DNA from: Macrostomum lignano
Taxonomy: Eukaryota
Length of the DNA stretch: 64,000 nt
Assembly (NCBI GenBank): GCA_002269645.1
Contig: NIVC01000854.1
Coordinates: 310,001-374,000, forward strand
Direction: 5' to 3'
In this document: positions 49,780-59,641 of the stretch, in pieces
Layout: every line of letters starts with the position of its first letter
Numbering within the stretch: position 1 is the stretch's first letter
Notes under the pieces: model-generated
Database searches by the model: none
Told to the model about the DNA's origin: nothing
The model's input: the letters and a program-made list of their open reading frames with translations, nothing else
Position numbers and translations under genes: made by a program

Positions 49780-52700
49780 ATGTCTGCAACGCCGTCTCCA
49801 GCCGCCTGCTCGCTGCTCCACCTGGAGCTGATCCCCTACGCTGCTGCCGCCCCGCTGGACTTTCTGGCCTCCGCGGTTTTCGCCTTCGGTGCCTGCGTTT
49901 TCCGCCGAATGCAGCGACAACGGCGCAGCGCCGGCCTGACCGGCTTCCTGGCGATCGTCATCACGGAGACTCTGGTGTGCATGGCCTGCGGCCTCTGCCT
50001 TGTGCTGCACGTTGACCAAATCCTTGCTAAGCGGGCCATGTGCGACCAACTGTACTCGAATGTCACTCTTAGGAACGGCTCCGACAATCGAACCGGAGCT
50101 GGCGGCGGTTCCAGAGTCTACTTTGGCCTGCCCTTGCTGGTGTCCTTCTACGCTACGAATTTCCTGCTGTTCGCTCGCAACTACTGCATCATGGCCAAGA
50201 CCGGGCTCACTCTGGTGCAGGTGGCCATGCCGCTCAAGTCCCGGGTGATGCTGACTGGTCAGCGGCTGCGCTTCACTTTCATCGCCTGTTACCTCGCTGC
50301 CTCGGCGCCGACCTTCATCAGGTAAGAAGAGCACTGCCAGGTTTTCTGGGTTTTTCTGCGAGGGTAGCCTGATAAAACCACGACATGTGGGTGCCACAAG
50401 TGTGGGCGCCACCATAGACAAGTGAATTAGGATGCTACCTATCGTGACTTAGGAGAATGTCTTGCCTTTTGAAGGCTTGCTTCATTTATAAGCAATTTTG
50501 CAACCGTAAGACAAAAACTGATGCCTTACATGCCGACTAAAGTTAAATCCTGATTGATTCGGTTAGTCAGATTTTTGTTGATTCAGACTCACTCTGCCAA
50601 ATATACTTACAAACAAATGTAAATAGGCAGCTCCATTGCGATCGATTGAATTTTAATCAAGTTTGGTGTGTCCCCGAGAGAAAAGAAGAAATCCTTTATT
50701 AAGCTCTGGGCTCTGATGCAGCTGCTAGAATGGCATTTTTTAGATGGGAATCGAGATCAAGGATCATGCAGCAAACTGGGCGTTCCAGAAAGAAACATTT
50801 CGATGCAATTCCTTTCTGATTAACAACGTTGACACATTAAGACGAAATTCCATCAACGAAAAAGAAGGGCTTAACAGTGAGCGCAAATATCCACGGGAGC
50901 ATCTGTGCTCCTGGTGAGTTTCTCCGCTGTGAAAGCAGCCCTCTCTACCTCTCTATTCATCCGCTCCCCGGGCTATTTCCTCGAATCAGACAGGCTCAGA
51001 GGCAGCCATTGCCTTGCCGCCATCTCATTTTTAAGCCGGCTGATGCCAGACTCTCGCCATTCCATAAAAAATGGCTCACGCTACTGCAGGCGGAGAACTG
51101 CGTCTTGATTAGCCCGTAGGCTCGAGCGCCATATCAGCAGAGGAGCTCAGCTTTACAGACAGAATGCCAGCTCCAGACAAGCTGTACTCCGCCTGGCTGC
51201 TTGAGTACGCCAGCTACACAGCCATGACCCCTCTCTGCTTCGTAGCTGCCGCGGTTTTCGCATTCGGCTCAGCCATCTTTCATCGCATCAGCAAGCACGA
51301 CAGGCACACGGCTGCCGTGCTGTCCGGATTTCTAGTCCTGACGGTCACTGAGTCCCTCTGCTGTCTCAGCGGCGGCCTATGCCTCATCTATCTTTAAACT
51401 CGGCCTACTCGAACTGGTGCGACCGCCGCACAATGATTCAGCACTAACTAACAGTTCGCTGCACAGTGAGGATCACCACGCCTATCCTCTGCCGCTGATG
51501 GTGACATTCTACCTAACCAACTACTTCCTGTTTGTCCGCAACTACTGCATTGTGGTGAAAGCTGCACTCACCGCCGCGCACGTGTTCAGCCCGATGCGAG
51601 CCAGGGCCGCCCTGACCAGCCGTCGGGTGCGGCTGGCCTATCTGTCCTGCTACCTGCTGGTCGTAGCGCCCGTGGCGTCTCGGTACGCAGAATGATGTAT
51701 CGCCTGCCAAGGTGTCCCACTGTAGTTTTACGAACCCTTTAAGTCAAGGCTTTCAAAGTGGCAAGCATTCATATAGCAACTGCCTTAATCTTATAGTCTC
51801 GAAAAGAGCATTGTCGTTTTATTGGGGTTTGTGTGCACGAAAATTCGAGATGGCCAACCCCCCCGCCAGGGACAGAGAGTGTACATGCCTGAAGATTGCC
51901 AGATTCAGGGCCGATGTACATCCTGTGTGAGCGTGTGTGTATGAGTGCCAGCCTGCGTACATGATGGACGCGCATGTCCCAGAAGGCGTTGCGCCAGGGT
52001 GCCTGCAGTCCTCCAGCAATAATAATAATTTATTTATTACAGCTCCCCATTTTTGCAGTTTCTAAGCTCCTTCTCTGTATCAAAACTCAATTTTGTAGGA
52101 TTTAGTTTGGCGTAGATAAAAAATCCCGGGAATCCTGCTCGTGCAGTGTAGCAGCGTCAAAAAGTGTGCCAGTCAAGGGATCGTTCAATTTCAAGGTCTC
52201 ATGATGCGTAAACTTTTTTCAGAAAAAATCTGCAAAAATTGCTCATTCGCATTGAAGCGAACTCATAATTATCCTGCTGCCACTGTGTTCGACAATGAAA
52301 CTCGCCTGGCGCGGAAATGACACGAATAAGCCTCCAGCTTCCTAATGAAAGATAATGAGAGGCCTTGCAAGCATCCGGCTTTTCAGCGAAAATGCGTCTA
52401 ACTAAAGAGACGACTTTGATCCAAGAGACTGCATAGGTACAGGAACTCCGCCGAGTGGATGAAAAATAGGCGAATCATTTTTTAAGCTGGATTTCAAGCG
52501 TCAGAAACTACAGTGTCGTTTGGCATCCTGGGTCCGAATTCAATACGCCAAATTGGAGACGAGGATGCGAGCTGGCATCAGTTGAAATTTAAAAATGAAA
52601 TAAAATGCCAGCATTTCTTCTCAGCCTCTGTGACCCACAGAAGTTGTAGAAAGTCCGCAGATTCTATATTTACGAATTTATCAGATTTGACAGTTGATAG

Positions 52701-53702
52701 AAATCTTGAAATTCCAACAATCGCAATGTAGTTTAAAGTCAGGATGACAAAACCAAAGTTGATGTGATGTGTTGACATGCTCGATGGGACAAAAATACTA
52801 ATATGTAGACTCAAATTGATTATGTTTTCTAGAGTTACAAAGTTGACTATGCAGTATTTACGGTATCTTGAGAGTTTCTTTTCAAAGCGCTTCCAGGGTT
52901 GAAAAAGTACGAGCGTTAGAATCAACGAAAAGTATCGCAGGGAAGCTCGGAAACGCGTTGATTTTTCGTGGCTTACGGTTGCTAGAATTGTTACTTCGTT
53001 TAACTAGAACTTGACATTTTGAGCGTCTCACTCATTTGCTCCAGGTTCTCGGCGGAGGCATTCAGCATGTACGTCAGCCAGGAGTCTCTGCCGCGCTACG
53101 CCGTCTCGCTGTCGGAGAACCATGACATTGTGCACTCCATCATCTTCGCACTGCAGGGCCCCCTGCCAGCCGGCCTCTGTGTGCTCATGTCTGTGGCCAT
53201 CTCATTCAAGCTGCTCAGACGCGGCTCATCAATACCCAGCAACAGTTCCAGCCGGGCCGACCTGTCAACTAGAGCTGTAGTTCGGACTCTACTAGTGGCG
53301 TTCGTGTTTGCCCAGTGCGAGATTCCCACTACAGTGCTGGCCCTGCTGGACTCCAGGGAGGAGACGCAGAGTGTAGTGCTCAGCCGCGTCATCGGCAACC
53401 TGCTGATCATCCTGGACTCCTACTGCAACCTGGTAATCATCGTGCTGTCTAACCGCCGCTTCCTGCTCGCCGCCGGCCGCATGCTGGGCATTCGCAAGCA
53501 GGACAGCCGCAGCTCTCCCGGTGGCCCCCTCGGTGGCGGCGGAGCCGGTGGAGGCGGCGGCTGCGGCGGCACCGACGGTCGTAGAACCACCACCGGATTC
53601 AACCGGAACTACACCACCACCTGCAACCATCGCACTACCAACGGCTGCACTGCCGAGACGATTCCGCTGACCTCGCGGGGCACCATTGTGGTTCGGATGT
53701 AA
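49780..53702 (+). CDS. Rhodopsin-class peptide-receptor-like 7TM GPCR, isoform A; exons 49780-50321 and 53045-53702; 399 aa
   Basis: Phase-2 AG|GTAAGA ... CTCCAG|G. There are four hydrophobic helices in exon 1 and three in exon 2. Motifs ARNYC, QGPLP (TM5), CEIP (TM6) and LDSYCN (TM7) are shared with the 55728 receptor. Confidence 0.85.
51164..51682 (+). pseudogene. Duplicated first exon B (TM1-4) of the GPCR, with a frameshift near 51390
   Basis: Paralogous to exon A: AAVFAFG vs SAVFAFG, GFL...TE.L.C...GLCL, and TFYLTNYFLFVRNYC vs SFYATNFLLFARNYC. It ends in a phase-2 donor CG|GTACGC at the homologous codon. Confidence 0.75.
51800..52031 (+). mobile_element. Diverged relative of SINE family 2 with an (AAT)n tail
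   Basis: GCCAACCCCCC..GTGTACATGCCT..AGGGCCG.TGTACA.CCTGTGTGAG..GCGCCAGGGTGC parallels 5146-5340. Confidence 0.65.
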
Positions 53703-55436
53703 TCGAGAGTCACGGCAGTCAGCTGTTTGATGAGTTGCAAGGTCATTGTTGTGAGAACGTCTACATTCTAATTTGTTCATTTGTCCTTTCTGATTCAATA
53801 TTCCAATCTGTTGTGACTGAGAGCTTTTTCTGTTCGATCTTCTTACTCTATGATAATTCAGTTGTATTGTAAATCGGAATCCTGTAGTTGTTTTTCCCCT
53901 AAACCACATGTTTAGCATACATGTACAACTAGAGTCATATATGCAAAAAGCATTATTTCAATTGCCTGTTTTAGCGTCTGCACAATCGATGTTTTTTTGG
54001 CTAAATGCACATGCACATTGCGTCGGAGCTCGGTCACGGAACTTTCCAGGATGCATCTTAACTCTCCGAAATATCAGCAGACTGCTTGGAAAAATTCAAG
54101 TTGTATTCCATGTTCCACTGCGATAAACTCTCTGACAGGTTTTATAGATTATTTTTGCAAAAGAAGATATCTTTTCACAATCACTATTGTTGCGGTCACT
54201 GCATTACAATTTCTGAAAGATTTTGCTGCTAACGATAAATATAATACATTATGCAGATTTCCGTAGATCTAGTCTAACTTCACACCGATACCTTATCAAT
54301 GCGCACGATCCCAGTGAGCTGTTGTTGTTCTGCTTGCTAGCACCAAAAATACACTGAGCAGATTTCGAGAATTTAGAATCTTTTAATTAACTGCACAAAT
54401 TTGTTAGTTGTGTAAAGAAAGGCGTAACTTTCTTATGCATATATTTTTACGACCGTATGTTTAATACAAGAATAGTCCACAATGCTCACATCCTCCTGAG
54501 TGGCCATTTGTGTTTGCCAATTGTTTTTTTGTTATACTGTTGCGTGAACGGCTCTGTTGACACACGAGTACTTAACCAGATCACATCCATTACACACACA
54601 CGCTATGACGCAAAAAATCCAGACACGCACAATGGCATGTCGAAATTCTAGCACAACTTACTGCGTTAACCCCTTCGCTGATGCGTTGGCGCTGTTGATC
54701 TTCTGCATGCCACCACTGTACTTACTTCAGGCTCCCCAGAAACACATGGTACCGACCACGTGTCATTTTATTCATAAATGCATAAATTTATCATGAGACT
54801 ATGCAATATGTCTCCCAAAACGAACGCTCCAATTCTCCATCAGTTCAGAACTGTATGCCCTGGAAGTATTGAGAAAGGGTTGCACTGGAACAGCTGGTTG
54901 GAATTCGATTTGAACTAAAGTTAATTCGATTACATTCGTGAGTAGTTACAGCACATTCAAAAATGTAAAAATAGGCTTGAAAATAGGAAAATAGCGCTAA
55001 ATTGTTTTTGCTACAGCTGTCAGAAATTCCTTCCGCTCCTTTCGAAAGAATTCATTACTTATAGTAACAACAACAGGGCTTAACAACAATTTCAAAACAA
55101 TCAGATAGCTTGAAAATTTTCTCTTTTAGTATACTTCAATTTCTACTCACAGTAGCCGATAAAGGGTCAGGTAAACCGCTTTTCTCTTCGCTTGATCCAT
55201 CTTTGGTACGTGTGCACGCGATTTGAAGGTTAGATTGCTGGGCGTGTGAACGCGCCTTGATTACCTGCCACAGAGTCGGACCGAAGGCGGTTCCTATCGG
55301 CTAGAAAAATCGCTTCTGATGGGGGTTCTGATACCTCTGGGGGTATCGGGTTCTGATGGCACCTGACCGATATGTAAAAAAAGACAGCGAAAAATGTAAA
55401 TTGTTCCAGCCACAATCAGATGCCTCTCTTTGCATC

Positions 55437-55527
55437 TTCTCCCGCAGTCTTGTCAGGTCTCCCGCAGTCTTGTCAGGTCTCCCGCAGTCTTGTCAGGCCT
55501 CCCGCAGTCTTGTCAGGCCTCCCGCAG
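55437..55527. repeat. 20-bp repeat (TCTCCCGCAGTCTTGTCAGG), 4.5 copies, in the probable 5' UTR exon of the GPCR
   Basis: Direct reading. A candidate UTR intron lies at 55612-55679 (GTGAGA...CTGCAG). Confidence 0.85.
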
Positions 55528-55727
55528 CCATATCGAATCCAACACCGATTGGCTACCTGCAGATGAGCAGCTGCAGTTAGAGATCTCAAATCTTCAAGTC
55601 GTCCTATGCAGGTGAGACTCCCCGGGTCGGCCTTGGATTGGCTGGAAATCGCTGCATTGCCGCAGCTTAAATTCTGCAGCCGAGGCTTCCCAACAGCAGC
55701 AAGAAACAGAAGAGGCGCACTTGAATC

Positions 55728-56957
55728 ATGACAATGTTCCAGCTAGTGCTGCTCAGCCCAGGTGACAACTCAAGCAACAGCAGCAATATCTCCTGCGACG
55801 GAACTGCCGGCAGCGCCGATCCAGTTGGGCCGAATGCGCTGCTATTCAAGTCGGTATTTGTGGCCCTCGGCGCCCTGAATCTGGTCCTCAATAGTCTCTC
55901 TGCCGTTATCTTCCTGTGCCAGCGAAAACAGAAAGGCCGCCTGATCCGCCTGCTGCTGCTTCTACTCTCCTTCACAGAGGTCGCTGCGAGCTTCGCGATG
56001 TCCAGCGTTGAGGCCAGTCGTATCGCTTTGGAGATTCGCCGCAACGATATAGTGTACAACTCGCCGGAGGCGGCACGCCGACTCGTGCAGTTTCTGGCCG
56101 TCACCTGGGCGCTGGCCAACGCCGCCCTGCTAGCCAGAAACTGGTGCGTCGTGCTCATCGCTGTTAGCCGCTGTGAAGCCGTGGTTCGCCCGTTCTCGCG
56201 CAACACCGGCCGTCGCTGCGGGCCTCGAACCGTGATAGCGGCATTCGTTATTATCAGCGTCACGGCTGCAATCCTCAGCGCGCCGAAGGCCTTTCAGGAG
56301 CTTTATTATCTGTGCCTCAGTGAGGGGCAGCTGCGTATCGTCGGCAGGGACTTCCAACCGCCGTTTCCGCACTACGGCGAGTTTTATTTGGGCACGGTGT
56401 TCTGCCAGGCCGTGCTGCCAGTCCTGATTGTCGGCGTCGCCACCGCGGCGATGACACTGGGCCTCCGGGCTCATCAGAGGCGCTCCGGACTCGCGTCAAG
56501 TCGAGCCCACTGCAAGGCCACGCGAATGATCCAGCTGCTGCTTGGAGTCTTCGTGTGCCTGGAGATGCCGATGTTCGTTACCGTCTTACTCGGCATCATG
56601 ACGAAGAACGACAGCTCGGGCTGGGACGCCTTCATGTTTTACGCCGTTGAGGTGTCGAACCTGTGCATCAATCTGGACTCCACGTGCAACTTTGCGGTCT
56701 ACATGAAAACCAACTGGGCGTTTCGTTCAGCCGTTCTGCGCCGCTCTCTGCAAACTCGGGGTCCGCTGGGATACACTGGCGGCCTGCGCGGCTCCTCCTA
56801 CCAGGCTGGTGGCGCCGCCACGTTGAACAGCCAGAGGGCGAACGCCATTCGCCGCTTTAACAACTCGCGCAGCAGCTCATCGTTGATGACTTCGGAGCAG
56901 CTCCGACTGCAGCGGCAGCGACAGATCGTGCTGACGGCCGGTCAGGCTAAAGATTGA
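55728..56957 (+). CDS. Intact intronless rhodopsin-class peptide-receptor-like GPCR (FMRFamide-receptor/Srw/flatworm PROF1-like); 409 aa
   Basis: Seven hydrophobic segments, N-glycosylation sequons NSS and NIS, and motifs LVLNSLS (TM1), LSFTE (TM2), ARNWCVVLIAVSRCEAV..P (TM3), QAVLP (TM5), CLEMP (TM6) and NLDSTCNFAVY (TM7). Confidence 0.92.
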   Translation: MTMFQLVLLSPGDNSSNSSNISCDGTAGSADPVGPNALLFKSVFVALGALNLVLNSLSAVIFLCQRKQKGRLIRLLLLLLSFTEVAASFAMSSVEASRIALEIRRNDIVYNSPEAARRLVQFLAVTWALANAALLARNWCVVLIAVSRCEAVVRPFSRNTGRRCGPRTVIAAFVIISVTAAILSAPKAFQELYYLCLSEGQLRIVGRDFQPPFPHYGEFYLGTVFCQAVLPVLIVGVATAAMTLGLRAHQRRSGLASSRAHCKATRMIQLLLGVFVCLEMPMFVTVLLGIMTKNDSSGWDAFMFYAVEVSNLCINLDSTCNFAVYMKTNWAFRSAVLRRSLQTRGPLGYTGGLRGSSYQAGGAATLNSQRANAIRRFNNSRSSSSLMTSEQLRLQRQRQIVLTAGQAKD

Positions 56958-58717
56958 GCTGATGTTGCTGAACAACGTCACGGCGCTCTAAGAATTCTCT
57001 ATAAAATAGATCAATCAAAAGCTATTTTCCAGAATGACGATTAGGTATGATATTATTGTCATATTATTTTAATAATATATTATTTTCGATATTATTTTCA
57101 TCGCTATTTTTTTCTCTAAAAATTGTCTGCGTTTTGGAAGCAAAGCAGTGTAAGTTTTTTTTTCAAATGTGAATTATAAAAATATCTATATCTAAGCTTA
57201 ACAAATGAAAAAATAACGAGTTCCTTTCTCGGTCTCTTTATGCTTTAATTTTGTAAGTCACGGAATTATCCTTGTTCGTTAACTATTGTCGCAGCCTTCA
57301 TATACAAAAGAAAAAATTCTACATCAAGGATGTCGGAAATTTTGGGGAAGCTTTCATGCTCAACACTTACCAAGACGGTCTCTAGAGCCTGAACTACTCT
57401 ACCTAGCAACTCGAAATGGCAGGTCCGCATAATTACTGAGCACTCCACTGCAATCATGTCTTGTCCAAAGCGTGAGCTCAAGATGGCGTGCTAAATAAGA
57501 CATTCAAATTTTACAATGCCACGCTGTGTGGGATTGAGCGCACTGACCAAAACGTAGGCAGTATATAGGCCTTAGGCCAAACTGCGTCTTCAATACTTTT
57601 AAATAGGATTCGTTATCACTTAGCTGACAAATTAGCTCCAGCAGAATCTACTTCCTGGCATCTCTACCTCTGTGCTCATTACCGTAGCGGAACTTAATCT
57701 TCTTTTCCTACTGTAACCCTCTTTGAGTTAGAAGATGAAAGTGCTTGAGAACCTGACCACACGCTTTTAGGGAAATCCGCAGATCCGTGATAGCATCCTC
57801 TGTTTTCTGTAGCCTCCCTTCCCGCCGATGGCTTCTGCTGGGAAGTCTAAAAAATTCTAGAAGCAAAAACTTCTGCCGTGCGAATGATACGGCTAAGAAA
57901 CTGATTAAATCGTTTGATGGACACGTGCGCATCAGCTAGTAGCTCGTACAGTACGTGTACAAAGGAGTTTATAAGCTGGGAAATTGGAAAAAATTGCTTA
58001 GTGGTAATACTTGAAGGACTCGCATTTAAGTACCTGGGTGCGAGCCCTTAGTACCTGTCACTATAATCCTGACCACTGAGTTTGCCCGGGTCTTTTGTGC
58101 TATTCTCGCCCACGATCGCCAACTCCCGTGGTATTCCCAAACTGACTGCGTCAGTTCATTTGGATCTTTACCATAGACTATAGGCTGATCTGTATACACG
58201 ATTTGATGCACCTTCTATATTTGGAGAGTCAGAGCTTAACCATAGACTATGATGAATAGTCTATAGATCATACTCTATAGATTAAGACTATGGTAGAAAG
58301 TATTTCAGTTTTGCTCCTGATATGGTTATCTGATTTAATTCTCCTCAAAAGTGGCGACTTTTTCCATAGACTACGGATTTCAGGCTCAGAATGAATCAAT
58401 TAGATAACCATTTAATACGCAGTGGTAATATCTATATTATGTATAGAAATACACATTCGCCAAAAGAAGCATTACGATTTCTTGGCCGTCAGAATGCAAC
58501 AACTCCAAAGGTACTAATTACTTGCGAACGTAAAAAGCGCTCGATTTTCCTAACTGTGCTCTTTCGATTAATCAGAGAAATTCCATGGGCTGTTAATTTA
58601 TGAGGCGACTTCCGTGTCTTAAGGGCAGAGTTTCGACGAAATAATCCTACAAAATTCCTTTTTTTTCCAGGGTCTGAATCCGAGTAATTGATCCCAAATT
58701 AATTTGATTAATCATGA

Positions 58718-59641
58718 AATATAGCTTTTTGCAAGCCATTTAATGCTACTAGCAAGCAATTTAATAATCAGTGGGGAAAACCAATGCTAAAAGATAGATT
58801 TCTCAGTACTCTGTGGTCCAAACCATGGGCTTTGGAAGAACCAATTTAATAATCCGAGCATCCAAATAGTCATTTAGATCGACTTGCGTCGCATTTAAGC
58901 ACTGCATCAGGGTAGACAAAACAATAAAGCACAAGCAGCCTGAGAAAGAAGACAGAACACAGCTAAACCGACAACTGGGCTGAAAATTAGCAAAAGCGGG
59001 TCAGTGAAATGAAGTGCCTTGTCGACGCCTTCACATTATTGACCGAGTTCTCGATGAACACCTGGAATAGGTCGGCAGTCAGTGTCTGGCTCACGATTTT
59101 ATGGTGAACCAGGCCAAGATCCGGTGAAACCTGGATGATTTTCATCAACACAGATCAGATGACATTCTGGGGTCAAATAAGTCAGCCACTGGGGGGAATT
59201 CCTGCCTCCGTGCTGTGTTTTCTGGCGAGTTCCGAACCACCGGCATGTCTGTATCTCTTCCCAAGCACTTCAAAGTTATCAACTGCTTGTCTAGGTTTTT
59301 GCTTATTGCGGCTTCAGTCAAGACCATTCAAGACCATGGCAAACTTTTTAGCGTGGACAGTGGAGACACGGTGCTGCATGATCTTGCTCTTCTAGCGCTT
59401 CATCAGCGGTGGCAAAGCTTCCTCCGACTTCTTCCAAAACCTCGCTGGCTTCCTCGTCTTCTACCATGTTGAATGCGTGCGTCTATTTGCAGTCAATGCG
59501 ACACAAGTAACACTGGATGTCTATGGTAAAATCTCTGGTTTGGACCATAGAGTACTGAGAAATCTGTCTAGAGCACTGGGTTTCCCCACTGATTATTAAA
59601 TTGCTTGCTCTAATATCAAATAGCTAGCAAAAAGCTATATT
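58718..59641. mobile_element. Non-autonomous TIR element with about 110-bp imperfect inverted repeats (58718-58835 / 59537-59641)
   Basis: GCAAGCAATTTAATAATCAGTGGGGAAA..GATTTCTCAGTACTCT.TGGTCCAAACC is mirrored on the right side. Confidence 0.8.

Noticed and set aside
55667-56263. Antisense ORFs over the GPCR, SRRT and NDNF-like exons (e.g. 49750-50421, 53292-53918, 24831-25289)
   Set aside because: Shadow ORFs of GC-rich coding sequence with no recognisable motifs.
57700-58210. Possible transposase remnant on the minus strand, likewise 48640-48960 and 62300-62680
   Set aside because: Short frames with no motif I can identify with confidence.
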